A DNA stretch of 62,862 nucleotides, filler included, from Welwitschia mirabilis (GCA_051453625.1; 5 parts of one record of this genome joined end to end with filler, not necessarily neighbours in it); one strand, 5' to 3'; positions 38,723-52,144 are shown, counted from the whole stretch's first letter. The notes: generated by a model from the letters alone, not told the origin. A program made the numbers and translations.

Positions 38723-40440
38723 AGATGTTATGGTGCATATTTTTGCAACTTTATGTCTTACTCCAAATCTTGTTAATCAAAATATATAGGTTGTAAAATA
38801 CACACACTAGTATGAATGAAGGTGACCCAAAGGTTATAACCCATTAAATACTTATGAGAGAATAATGAGAATTGATTTACAAAGAGAATATGATAATTGA
38901 AACTTAGGAACAATGTAGAAAATTAAAAATGTAATGCGATGCAAGTTCAACTAGGTCTAGGTTCAAAATTATTATAGTCCATATTTTATAAGCTTTAATT
39001 AATAGAGTTTCTAAACTATGTAATACATTTTGATATTAATTTTAATGAAAATCCATTTTTATTGAGAATTTATGTGTAGCCTTATAATTAATAACGTATG
39101 TATGTCAAACATTATAGATACTCATAAGGTTAATAAATTATTTAATCTTAGTTTTGAGCAATTTATTAGTTTAAGTTATAATAATGATTAAAAGAATTTT
39201 AATACTAAATAAACTTATTTATCATTACACAAGCCATTTTCCATGGTTAAATAGTTAAATTAAAAAAATTCCACTTGAAGATGTAAAATAATGTCTACAA
39301 AAAAAGGGCATGTGACATATTTATTTTAATCATTTATTCATGTGTCNNNNNNNNNNNNNNNNNNNNNNNNNNNNNNNNNNNNNNNNNNNNNNNNNNNNNN
39401 NNNNNNNNNNNNNNNNNNNNNNNNNNNNNNNNNNNNNNNNNNNNNNNNNNNNNNNNNNNNNNNNNNNNNNNNNNNNNNNNNNNNNNNNNNNNNNNNNNNN
39501 NNNNNNNNNNNNNNNNNNNNNNNNNNNNNNNNNNNNNNNNNNNNNNNNNNNNNNNNNNNNNNNNNNNNNNNNNNNNNNNNNNNNNNNNNNNNNNNNNNNN
39601 NNNNNNNNNNNNNNNNNNNNNNNNNNNNNNNNNNNNNNNNNNNNNNNNNNNNNNNNNNNNNNNNNNNNNNNNNNNNNNNNNNNNNNNNNNNNNNNNNNNN
39701 NNNNNNNNNNNNNNNNNNNNNNNNNNNNNNNNNNNNNNNNNNNNNNNNNNNNNNNNNNNNNNNNNNNNNNNNNNNNNNNNNNNNNNNNNNNNNNNNNNNN
39801 NNNNNNNNNNNNNNNNNNNNNNNNNNNNNNNNNNNNNNNNNNNNNNNNNNNNNNNNNNNNNNNNNNNNNNNNNNNNNNNNNNNNNNNNNNNNNNNNNNNN
39901 NNNNNNNNNNNNNNNNNNNNNNNNNNNNNNNNNNNNNNNNNNNNNNNNNNNNNNNNNNNNNNNNNNNNNNNNNNNNNNNNNNNNNNNNNNNNNNNNNNNN
40001 NNNNNNNNNNNNNNNNNNNNNNNNNNNNNNNNNNNNNNNNNNNNNNNNNNNNNNNNNNNNNNNNNNNNNNNNNNNNTAAGGTCACTTTACACAAGTCCAT
40101 TTAACTTGTCATTCATTAATCTTATTAAGTAAGAGAAATTTCTTTATCTTGTGGGTAAAATAATGTATATGGTCTTTAACAAATTATATTAAGGACCTTG
40201 GGTATACTACCTAAATATAAATAGAGCCCTCTCGATTCTTTTCAAACTAGTATTCCTAAAGTACATTTATGCTACCAAACTTTCTTCTCAATTTTTCTTC
40301 CTCTTGAGTGTGGAGTTGAATCTTGGAGCTTGGATCTAGGNNNNNNNNNNNNNNNNNNNNNNNNNNNNNNNNNNNNNNNNNNNNTTAATTAATTAANNNN
40401 NNNNNNNNNNNNNNNNNNNNNNNNNNNNNNNNNNNNNNNN

Positions 40441-43400
40441 GTAGGATCTTCTATCAACCTTACCCTTAGAGAATTCTTAGCCAACAAAAATAGAGAAATG
40501 TAAACACCATTTGACCTACCACTAGGGAATGATGTAGAGCTCAAAAATTTACATGCATACTCAAATTTTAGTGGAGAAGAGGATGAGGATTCAATTCAAG
40601 ACATAGAAGACATTAAACAACTTATCCTCATCTTTGAAAATGGGAAGAAAATAATAATAGATAAAACATATATGGTAATTTTTCCCATGATTTTAAAAGG
40701 TATGGAAAAACTTTGGCTAAAAACTTTATCTTAAAAAATCCTCAAAACATGGAATCAAGTTTGGGAAACCTTTATAAAAAGATTCATAATTGAAGAAACC
40801 ATAAGGAAAAAAAGGGAGGTAACAAACCTTTAATAAAAACCAAATGAAGATTATGCCTTCACATATGAATGTTTGTTTGTAGCAGTTCATTCTAATCTAG
40901 TAGATGCTTTTTCAAAAGTAAAATAACTAAACTACTTTTACAGTGGATTGACTCACCACATAAAATAACTTGTAGATTCTTCTTGTAGAGGAAATATCTT
41001 AAACCTTACTTTAGATGATGCTTGGATAAAATTAGGAGAAATTATGGAGGTTAGTAAAACTGGATCAACATCTAAAGAAAATCAAATAGTAGGCCAACTT
41101 ATCAAAGAATTAAAACAAGTGAAGCAAAAATAGGTAGAAGAAAACCCTAAAAATCCTATGAGGGAATTTGCAACAACCTTAGAGAAGTATATGGAAATGA
41201 TTTTAGATACTAAAAATGCCTTTAAAACAAATGTTATGCAAAACTGTGATTTATGTGCGGACAACTATTATGTCACCAAAAATTATCCTCTTCTACCAAC
41301 TTATAAGGAAAGGATTTGTGAAGAAATTTTTTCTTTTAATCAACCATCTCAGAACTTTTAAAACCAAAATCAAGCATAACCAAGATTGAATACATATTTA
41401 CAAAAACCTTTCAGAAACCAACTTAAAAATACATGTTACCAACAAATTCATCTAACTTTCAACATTAAAATGATTAACTTGCAAATTCTGTAAATGAAAT
41501 GAGAAGAACACAAGAGGCAACCAATGCCAAAATAGATAACCTAGTAAATGTCCTTGAACAAACTTTATTGGCAAACCAAAGATCTCAAGGAACTTTATCT
41601 ACATAATCTTTCTCCAACCCAAATAAACTAAGAAGAGACTATAAGGTTGTGACAAGAAGTGGATAAGAAACAACCCTCCTCTATATGAACCATCTACCTC
41701 TCACAATAATGAAGAAGAAGAGGAAGAGGTCATTGAAATTTTAGATAATTACAACTTCCTTCTCTTGGTAAAAAGAAATAAAAAAGTATAATTACTCCTT
41801 ATCTTGATAGGCTTAACAATAACTCAACTTTCAATGATCATCTTAAATCCTTAATGAAACATGTAATCATAAGTCTTCTCTTTTGGAAAGTTTTATAAGA
41901 AAATTTGGGGTATGCAAAATTATGGAAGGACTTGATAAGAAGAAAATAAAAATGACTTATTCCTAGTAAATTCTTTTTTGTCCAATCCCTCATGAACTTA
42001 GTGTTACAAAAATCATCAAAATTTAAACATCTAGGGGTAGCCATGGTGAATGTCACTATAAAGAAAAATAAAAGATAAGGAAAGCTTTAATTTACATTGG
42101 AGCAAGCGTTAATATTATGTCACTTTACATTTGTAAGAGGCTTGGTTTGGAAAATAGAATAGATCCTACTTTGGCTATCTTAGAATTAGTATATACATCT
42201 ATTAAGAAACTAATAAGAATCATTAAAGATTTGGAAATTTAAATAAAAGAGACTTGATACCCCATTGATGTTATTATCATAGAATTCAAGCATGACAAAA
42301 GATATTTTTTACTTCTAGGTAGATCCTTTTTTGCAACAACCCACTACATCATTGATACAAGAAAAGGAATAATGAAATGTCATTTTGGTAATAGAATTTT
42401 AATGATTAGAGTCTTTAATGCAGCTAAGAAAGATTTAGGTGATGATGAGATGAATAATAATGATAATTTTAAGCTAACTTTATTTTTACAGCATCACCCC
42501 CTTAAAGAAAGAGAGATGAAACCAAGTAAGCATGTGCTTTATGATGATCAACTTAAAAATGAAGAAGAAAAGAAACTTTGTGAGTATAAATAAGTCCAAC
42601 TTGTCAAGAAAAATCATAAGGGAGATTATCCATTTCATAAGCCAAAAAGAAAAAATCATAAAATGAATTTGAAAAAAAAAATATTTTCAATGGACGTAAA
42701 GGTAATTTTCTTTGTAATGTTACTCCTATATTTCATGAATATCTTTTACCCAAATTACCTTTTCTCTCCCCTTTGACTTCCAAAATTTTTTATTTAATGT
42801 GGCATCAAAAAGTGCTATCCATTACTCCTCTCTTCATCTAATTGATTTTACTTGGAAATAATTGCACATCTCTTATGTTTTATCAATTGGTTAATTTCTA
42901 GTTTGGACCTTACTTCTCTAAAGAACTTAAGACCACCATAGGTCCTAGATTTTCTTTTCTTTCTTTCCAATAAAAGTGTGTTTTATCTTTAGGATTTGAA
43001 TAAAGATTTGCTTGCTTTGTTATTTTCTTTTGAGTTTTTTATTTTTAGAGTTTCTGTTTTCATTTTTTATTTTCTGTTTTTATTTTTATTTGCAGTTTTT
43101 ATTTTCTATTTTGTAAAAATAATCTATTGTCCTCTTTTTNNNNNNNNNNNNNNNNNNNNNNNNNNNNNNNNNNNNNNNNNNNNNNNNNNNNNNNNNNNNN
43201 NNNNNNNNNNNNNNNNNNNNNNNNNNNNNNNNNNNNNNNNNNNNNNNNNNNNNNNNNNNNNNNNNNNNNNNNNNNNNNNNNNNNNNTTTATTTTATTTTA
43301 AGAAAATACATTTTTATGGATCTATTGAGATTTTTGACTTTATTGCTTAAGAATTTTAGGAAGTGATTGGGTAAAAATTAGAATTTCATGAGCAAATCGT

Positions 43401-46030
43401 TTGAATTTTCTCTTAGCCTTTTCCTTTGAAATATTATTGTGGCATTACTTGATCATCTTTCAAACTTGACTTATGTATTTATTTTTATGAGTAGTCATTT
43501 GACTTGAGCATTTTAGTGATAAGATTGAATTCACTAAATCTTCAAACATTTACTCATCCATGAACTTCAATTCAAGGAAGATGCTTTATTTTTTATGCTT
43601 TTCTCAATGGTAAAAGGGTTTTAGATTATTTAAAAGTGTTCTTTTCTGTTCTAATCTTTTAACTTTCACCTTTGTCTTTTGGAGTGGTCCATCATGTGGA
43701 ATTTTGTTTTTTTAAAAAAAAAAGATGAATAAAGACCATGATGTTTTATATTTCTATCTTAAAAACATAACCACTATAATGTCCTTTCATAAGTACACTG
43801 GGGCAAATATTTTAGAGAGGAGCCTTTGGCAGTGTAATATAGTAGTTGTGGAAACTCCACTAGGAGGTTAGTTAACCATGCTTTGTGGATCCTTACTTCT
43901 CTAATAGTGGTTGCACTCCCTCATCATGGGTAATAAAGTTGTATTTAAACTTTGAGGCTATGAGATCAGTGGTGTTTCTAGTGTCATCAGAGATATTTCT
44001 TGTTTTCTAGAATCTTAGTATTTCCATATGATGATTTTATTTCTTGAGATTTTGATGGTTTTTTTAGGATGANNNNNNNNNNNNNNNNNNNNNNNNNNNN
44101 NNNNNNNNNNNNNNNNNNNNNNNNNTAAATCATTTTACTCTGGCATTGTCATAATCACTACCTTCTTTAATAGAATTTTTATATTAAGTCATGCATTTTT
44201 CACATCAAGTGATGTTATAATTACTTTTATTAGAAATTGCTAGGTTATAATGTTAGAGTTGTTAGCTATCTTTTGTTTATGTTATCTTATGTTCATTCTT
44301 CTTTTTTCTTTTATGATTTTGTTAGTTATTTCAAAGTCATTATCATATTTTCTTAAGCATGTTATAATGTTATAGTATTTAATAAAGGTAATTTCTAGTT
44401 TAGATTTGTGTTATTTTTCAGATTTTTGATGTTGTAAGCACTACTCATAATCTTTTCTAGAGTGAAACGCTTTTTGTCCACTTTTTCTTACTTGTCAGAA
44501 TATTTCATATCACTATATTTTTCAAATTTGACAGCACTCAGCTTTGCACTTTATTTTGGATGTTGTCCTCATTTCTATTTACCTTCCTTTCCACTCCTAT
44601 TTATCTTCATTGCTTTATTTGCTAATACGGGATGTATTTCCTTTTCTTTAGGGGAGGTAGAGACCCATTCTCATGGCTCATTTTTAAAATTTTTAAAGCT
44701 TTTATCACATAAAATTTTTAGATTTTATTCATTGTGCATTACTTATCATTTTAATGTGTTTTTATGAGCCTATTATTATGATTCTCAAATTATCTTTTAA
44801 AAAATAAATTAGCTCGCAAATATGGTTTGTATGCCTAGTTTTTGTCAAGAACTAACAAAGGCTAAGTGGGGGGCTATGTTACATTGCCAATTTATGGTTA
44901 TTTGATGGGTTTTATAAGTTGTTTTGTAGGACTTTTATACAGGTTTAAGTGTAATTCTAAGGATTTTGGAGATACAAGAGGAAATCTTGGAAAAGTGTAG
45001 ATATTATCCAAATTTGATGCATTTAAGGAACTTTCTAGTGAACAAAGCTTTTTATGATAAAATGGTTAAGTTTCTTCTTAAGAAAGACATTAAAGAAGAT
45101 CAGTGTCCCCTCTGTTATCCACATGATAGGAAGGATGACAACTGCTTATGTGGACTGCTGANNNNNNNNNNNNNNNNNNNNNNNNNNNNNNNNNNNNNNN
45201 NNNNNNNNNNNNNNNNNNNNNNNNNNNNNNNNNNNNNNNNNNNNNNNNNNNNNNNNNNNNNNNNNNNNNNNNNNNNNNNNNNNNNNNNNNNNNNNNNNNN
45301 NNNNNNNNNNNNNNNNNNNNNNNNNNNNNNNNNNNNNNNNNNNNNNNNNNNNNNNNNNNNNNNNNNNNNNNNNNNNNNNNNNNNNNNNNNNNNNNNNNNN
45401 NNNNNNNNNNNNNNNNNNNNNNNNNNNNNNNNNNNNNNNNNNNNNNNNNNNNNNNNNNNNNNNNNNNNNNNNNNNNNNNNNNNNNNNNNNNNNNNNNNNN
45501 NNNNNNNNNNNNNNNNNNNNNNNNNNNNNNNNNNNNNNNNNNNNNNNNNNNNNNNNNNNNNNNNNNNNNNNNNNNNNNNNNNNNNNNNNNNNNNNNNNNN
45601 NNNNNNNNNNNNNNNNNNNNNNNNNNNNNNNNNNNNNNNNNNNNNNNNNNNNNNNNNNNNNNNNNNNNNNNNNNNNNNNNNNNNNNNNNNNNNNNNNNNN
45701 NNNNNNNNNNNNNNNNNNNNNNNNNNNNNNNNNNNNNNNNNNNNNNNNNNNNNAAGATCAGTGTCCCCTCTGTTATCCACATGATAGGAAGGATGACAAC
45801 TGCTTATGTGGACTGCTGAGTTATCATTTTCAAGATATTTTGTAATAGTCTATCATCCCCAATGTCATCTGAATGACACTGACATGTAACTATCACCGAT
45901 AGATTCCCTTAGCCATTTCGTCTGTTTTTGAGCCCTTAATGAGAACATGTAACTCCACCTTCTATTTATCCATTTTCGTTGTATATTTCTATAAATAAGT
46001 TTCCCTTTGACTCTTCTCATCCATATTCGG
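40441..46030 (+). mobile_element. Non-autonomous gypsy derivative: gag + protease, no RT/RH/INT, then 3' UTR, PPT and 3' LTR
   Basis: FSGEEDEDSIQDI (~40567), CDLCADNY (ORF 41158..41361), ALIYIGASVNIM (~42083), LLLGRSFFAT (~42309). 43400-44860 matches the family 3' UTR. PPT aagtggggggcta at 44864-44876, LTR from 44877. Confidence 0.85.
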
Positions 46031-46535
46031 NNNNNNNNNNNNNNNNNNNNNNNNNNNNNNNNNNNNNNNNNNNNNNNNNNNNNNNNNNNNNNNNNNNNNN
46101 NNNNNNNNNNNNNNNNNNNNNNNNNNNNNNTGTTGAACAAATTTATCTTGAAGTGGAACTTGTAGTTCTTTGTGAATGTTGAAATTTCAATGATGTAATT
46201 ATTATGATCTTGAAAATACTACCTAAACTGAATCATGTGTATTCTTAATTGTACCTTATTAAATTTGTAATAGCAAAAGTGAGAAAATCTGATTTTCTTA
46301 GTAAAAATCTCTATATTTTCATTGTTAATTTTCTTATTAAAAACTATTATATTCATAATTGTAGAATCTTTAATATTGTTGATTTACTTACAACTTGTTA
46401 GAATAATTATTGATTTTATAGAAGTATCATTATCCCATAATTTTAATTATTAATCATTATTATAGTAGGTTACTTTTTAAAAAAAGGAATATTTAATGCT
46501 TCATTGAGGAGAGGGTCATATTAAGGAAAGTAATG

Positions 46536-47599
46536 TGTTATGCTACCAATTTACAGTTATTTGATGGGTTTTATGAGTTGTTTTGCAGGGCTTTTATACA
46601 AGTTTAGGTGCAATTCTGACAATTTTGAAGATACAAGAGGAAATCTCGGAAAAGTGCAGTTATTATCCAAATTTAATGCATATAAGGAATTTTTCGATGA
46701 ATAGAGATTTTCATAATAAAACTGCTAAGTTTCTCCTCAAGAAAGACATTAAAGAAGATCGACATCCCCTCCGTCGTCCACATGACAGGCAGGATGACGA
46801 TTACTTATGTGGACTATTGAGTCATCATTTTGAAGATATTTTGTAATAGTGTGTCATCCCTAATGTCCTTTGGATGACAACCTAGACGACACTGATATAT
46901 ATCACTGACAGATTCTCTCAGCCATTTCGTCCATTTCTAAGTGTTTAATGAGTGTGCATAACTGCACCTTTTGTCTGTCTATTTCTATTGTATTTCTTAT
47001 AAATAAGTTCTCCTTCGACTCTCTTTGATTATCTTCGATGCTCCAAAGATTCTTGTGATAAAAGAGTAAAGGACGAGAGATCCATCTTTGTGAGTTGCAG
47101 AAAGATAAGCACTTGGTAGAGGGCTGAGTATCTTCTATTGAGACTCAGCTGTTTTGTAACCCAGATGAACATTACTCTTTTAATATAAATCTTAGTTTTC
47201 TTTACATGTTTGTATTATTTGCATTGTAGGATTTCTTATGATCCTCGTCTAATGTTTTTCAATATCTCATGATAATTTCTTAGATCATATAGATTATTAA
47301 GGGCAGTCCTTGTTAGGACTGAAAAGCAAGTAAGATTAGGATAACTTTGCATTGCATATTAGATTAGACTGCATATTGCACTTTACATGGTAGTTTTATT
47401 TACTTTTTTTGTTCTTTACTTTGATTCCTATTATTTTGCAAAAGCAACCTGAGTCTTTTTACAGATAGACTTCAACAAGATACGATAGTTGGGTCATTCC
47501 CACTATACTATCGTGGTGTATTATGCATAGTATCTATTTCAATTATTAATGACAAAATTTATTTGGACATAAAAGAATGCATAAATAAACACTGTAATA
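46536..47599 (+). mobile_element. Isolated gypsy LTR (~1.06 kb), less decayed
   Basis: Aligns with 44877-46030 (ORF 46583..46846 versus 44966..45160), retains many CpGs and ends tgcataaataaacactgtaata like the family terminus. No PPT upstream and no TSD visible. Confidence 0.8.
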
Positions 47600-47859
47600 T
47601 CTAAATTAATCTAGGTTACATAGGATTAATCTCCATAACAGGTTGATTTGGTAATTAAATAAATGTTACATTTAGAATAGATCTTGCATCTCATTTGCAT
47701 AGTGTATTCATTTGCATTGTTTACTTTGTATTTTTATTTTGTTCTACTTATAAAGTGCATTAATATTTTATTTGAAATTAATTTATTTTGTTCTCATATA
47801 CTCCTTTGATAAAATTATAATATTTGAGTCCACTATGATCTATATTATTCTAGTTAAAT

Positions 47860-48686
47860 CTAATACTAATCAAAGTCAACCTTAACAAAGGTTACCTTTA
47901 TAATTTAAATAGATTACAAAATTTTCACTAGACTATAATTAACTTAAATCATAAGGGATATAAATAGAATTTTAATTGAAAAGAATAATTGTATTGATTC
48001 AAGAAATTTACATCTACTTACAATAAAGTAGCAGCACCTTAATGGAAGAAACTTAGTCTAACACCAAGGGGACTTCTCTCTATAATTAGGAGATGGATCT
48101 TTTATCCTGCAATATTTCATCAGAAGCATATTGGATATAAAAGATGAAAAAAAAATGAAAGAGAAAAAGAATATTTATAGTTTTACATTGGAGTTCTAGA
48201 AACTCAACCTTAAAAGTTAGAAAGAAACCCTAATAGCCCAAATGAGTTACTTAATCCCAATACAAAGATAATTCTTTTCGACAATAGAAAAATATGTGTT
48301 ATCCTGACTGTCATAGGGATGATAGAGGGGACATCATTCTAGGTCAAAAGGTACTTTATCAGCTTCATGCCCCATTTCCAATCTTGTAACTTTTGTCCAT
48401 GTTATTAGTGTTTTCATCCTACCTGTGATGGCGATGACAGAGGGAATGACATGCTTCCTTATCTTCAATCTCAAAGGTAAGTTAGTATTTTGTATGATAT
48501 ATCCTTATTTCAAGTACACAATATCAAAATAAGCCTGAAAACCTCCAAATATGCTAATAATTGCATGTTTTATTGATCATCCTATCAGATCTTCATAATC
48601 ACTAGTATTGCATTCAAACCTATATAAATTTTCTACAAAAGCACTCCAAATACGCCATCACATTCCTACAAATTGGCATTGCAATA
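47860..48686 (-). mobile_element. Truncated gypsy LTR (subfamily B)
   Basis: Colinear with 16140-16972 (gcaccttaatggaag, caaagataattcttt, tcaaaggtaagttag, acctccaaatatgctaa). Confidence 0.85.
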
Positions 48687-48699
48687 GACATAAAGAAAC

Positions 48700-51600
48700 T
48701 ATTGGGTTTTATTTTAGGTATATGTTATTTTAAAGTTAGGGTTAGTTTAGATCCATATTTATTGAAATGTGGATACATAATTTAGGAGTTAGTTAAGACT
48801 AAATATAGAAAAATGTTTTGTATAAATTAATCTAATGTTAATAAAATATTTAAGTTATTTGCATTGAACATCAAAATTACTCCTAGGGTTCTTCCCAATT
48901 TTGAGCCTCTATTGCATTTAATGGGATTTAAAATCCTTGCAAATGGTAGTAGAGCTAAAAGATCCCTAGCATTTGAAGTTTAAGGATGAGCTTAGCTCTA
49001 AGGTGGGTTGGTTGATGCAGGAGCACTCATAGAGAGTCATAGGAGGCAATAAAGTATTGAGCCATAGGAGATTAAAAAGTGATGATGAATAATCCCACAT
49101 AGATTGGGAGAAGAATGAAAGTGTAAAATATAAGTAGAATTGCCCTACTACTAAAGTTCCTTCATATTTTCAATTAATTAGGATATGAACTACATAAGAT
49201 GATATCAGAGGAAAGTTAATATTTTTTAGCATTTTACTTTCAATGAGAAATTTTTTATTGGAAGGAGGATTGTATTGAAGAAATCCAAAAATTATAGTTT
49301 TTATCATTCTAGATTTTCTAATTAATATGAAATTTTAGGATTTCCTACAATCTATTCAGAAATGGCAAATTCTCTAATATTTCTCAACAATCTTAGTCTC
49401 TGTTCATTGTAAAACCCTAGCCTTTTTTTTCCAAATCCTTTTACTCTTTCTAGATTTATATAATCTCTTGCTGATCAAGACTTGTTATCAAAGCATAATT
49501 TGCATGATAAAATTTCACTATAATTTGAGTATTATCAATGATGAATAGGTTCCAAAAAAAAATCCTACTTGCTAATGCCAATGCTATTATAGTGCTTCTA
49601 GTAATGGCAATTAAAAAAGCCATTCTTTTTTACTTCAATCTCATGTTATCGATAATTATAGCTAAGTTTCTTTTGCTAATGATTATTTGGATAATAATTG
49701 GTTCATGATGTTAGGAAAATTCATGGTTAAGAGTGATAAAATATTAAGTAAAAGCTAATGAGCATTTGCAATAATTCCAAGGAGATTAAAAGGCAATGCT
49801 TAAAGAATACTGAGTTAAAGTCACTACAGATCTAAACAAGATGAAGAATGAGATGAATGTGGAGCTTGAGAAGAAGCTTGAGGAATCTAGAAAACACATA
49901 AAAAAGAAACTTATCATGGTGTTTGAAAATCCTGATGCACAAAAGCAAAAACCCTAAGGCATTTTAAGGAGTAAATTAAGGATGTTAGCTAGAAAATTGT
50001 TAGGAAAGTACTATCTTTCAATGTCTAAATTTATTTCTTTTAAGAAAGTTTTTATTTCTTCTTTTACCTATAAGAATCTTTCATATTATTAAAACCTGAA
50101 TTAAGCTTTTAGAAGGTTCTATGTAGCTACTTTTTTCTTTACTGTATGGACATGAAGATTCATAAGCAAGATGGATTATATGAAAGAGCTTTACAAAAGT
50201 CTTGGAAAAAAGATTTGCAAGTGGGAGATGATTCCACAGACCTTGGAAAAATGGTAAAGCTTGATCAAATCATGCACACACTAGAATTCCTTGTAAGTGA
50301 GACTAAAGTTAAGGGAAGTGAATTCTACCAGTAATAGAACATGCATGTTCATATTTTATGGAATTCATTGTTATGCTTAATTATAGTGGGCATAGATGCA
50401 AAAATGGCAAGGACTTATCATTTGAACATGGCACATAAGTAAGGATATACATAGATGATCATTCTCAGATCATGGACTTATCTTACATATATATTTTACA
50501 TGGACCGAAGAGGACTCACAATGTACTCTAATATTAATGTGCCTACTTATATGTCATTTAACATGTCAGTATTCTGCTCTAGCTCAACACAACATAATCA
50601 TTGTTAGGAAATAAATATAGTTAACATTTACATGCAACATCTTTTTTTTATTTTGCTCTTGCCCTCTATGTTACTAGCATGTGAATGTAGTTTTATTAGC
50701 CAAATATTTATAAAAGGGTATTAGATTAAAGGGGAGCATTAATATTATTATATGATTTTTCACATCGACAAGACATTATTATTTTCATGGATGATTAATT
50801 TGTGAAAATAAGTTGTGAGCTTGTCACAACCAATTAAAGATGTAATATCATATAGAAATAATGTCATCAAAAGTGGTATTAGATACTTTTTATGATATTT
50901 TATTTATAAGAAAATTGTTGGATTTATCCCTTTCTTAGGTGTATCCCATGATTTCAAGCAAGGTACACATATTGCTTGAGGAGACTACTTGAAGGATGTT
51001 TTCTTTGAAGTTTCATAGGATGAAGGATGCAGATTCACCTACGAACATCACTCAAAGAAAATCTTCCTTGAAGTTTTATATTTCAATGGCTTGGTTCTTC
51101 CTGTCTTGGTTTGAAGCTTGATGCTTTTTCAGCTATAATGCTATGCTATAGGCATGTTCTAGTAATTGTGTAATGTCTAAGTCCTTCATGTTTTTCAAAC
51201 TTGACATTAAGGGGCGGCAGGAGGGGGGAGGATAGAATTCTTGGTTTTTATTTTAGGTATATGCTACTTTAAAGTTAGGGTTAGTTTAAATCCACATTTA
51301 TTGGAATGTAAATCCATAAGTTAGGAGTTAGTTAAGATCAAATATAAAAAATTTTATTATATAAATTAATTCAATATTAATAAAATATTTTGGTTATTTG
51401 CATTGAACTTCAAAATTGTTCCTTGGGTTCTTCTGAATTGTGGGCCTTTACTGTGCTTAATGAGATCTAAAATTTCTATAAATAGTATTAGAGCTAAAAG
51501 ATCCCTCACATGTCAAACTTAAGGATGAGCTCAATTCTAAGGTGAATGGGTTGACGTAGGAGTGCCCACAGANNNNNNNNNNNNGTAAGGAAGTGTTAAT

Positions 51601-51733
51601 TCATAGGATATGGTAAAGTGATGGTAAATAATGCCACATGGATTAGAAGAAGAATGGAAGTTTAAAATATAAGCAGGATTGCCCTACCATTAAAGTTCAT
51701 TAGCATTCTGGGTTGGTTAAGATATCGACTACA
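48700..51733 (+). mobile_element. Compact non-autonomous LTR element with ~495 bp LTRs at 48700-49194 and 51239-51733
   Basis: Two diverged direct repeats (ttttattttaggtatatg..aaagttagggttagttta..gactaca/aactaca). A decayed tRNA-iMet PBS tgatatcagag lies at 49200-49210 and a purine tract aaggggcggcaggaggggggagga at ~51209-51232. The ~2 kb interior has no intact ORF. Confidence 0.8.
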
Positions 51734-51820
51734 TTAAAAAGAAATTAAGATTTTGAATGGTGCATCATGTTAAAAAGTTATAATAGTGCTAGTGCCCAAA
51801 ATGATAACTCCAATCAAATG

Positions 51821-51962
51821 AAAAAATCTGCATATAGTTTATGATAATAGTAAAGGGTGAAAACATTAAAAAATCCTGCATATAGTCTAGAATAATAATA
51901 AAGGGTAAAAACATTAAAGAAAGATGCATATAGTTTAAGATAATAGTAAAGGATGAAAACAT
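51821..51962. repeat. Tandem repeat, ~47-48 bp x 3
   Basis: aaaaaatctgcatatagtttatgataatagtaaagggtgaaaacatt occurs three times with substitutions. Confidence 0.85.
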
Positions 51963-52144
51963 GTGTCACATAGCATTGAATACTTAATAAAATAAATTTC
52001 AAAAAGTAAAAACAACATGTAAAAGGAAAACAAATTAAACATTAATAACAAATAAATATCACAAATATAAATACAATACTCACTAATGTGCACTAATTGA
52101 TATATATAATGAAAGAAAATGATGTAAGTACCTCTTTATAATAG

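Larger units (their letters stand above)
29298..38960 (-). mobile_element. Near-complete degenerate Athila-like Ty3/gypsy retrotransposon (5' LTR truncated)
   Basis: Minus-strand order is 5' LTR remnant 38726-38960, PBS, gag, AP, RT, RH, INT, ~1.6 kb 3' UTR, PPT, 3' LTR 29298-30633. Both LTR ends share tgttatggt..gcatatttttgcaactt. Confidence 0.9.

Noticed and set aside
39330..40104. Long ORFs in the track (also 32923-33439, 44966-45819, 52442-52957, 54512-55282)
   Set aside because: They are composed almost entirely of X from N gaps.
43960..43995. Hammerhead-like core CTGATGA-cacta-GAAAC on the minus strand
   Set aside because: No stem I/III or NUH cleavage site can be formed, GAAA is not conserved in the other copies (2000-2020, 10985-11010, 31619-31645), and it is antisense to the element.
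46583..46846. 87-aa ORF with a paralogue at 44966-45160
   Set aside because: It lies within the LTR, starts at TTG, has no recognisable domain and is not evidently open in other LTR copies. The similarity reflects LTR homology.
51821..51962. CRISPR-like array
   Set aside because: The units are contiguous with no unique spacers, there are no cas genes, and the context is eukaryotic.
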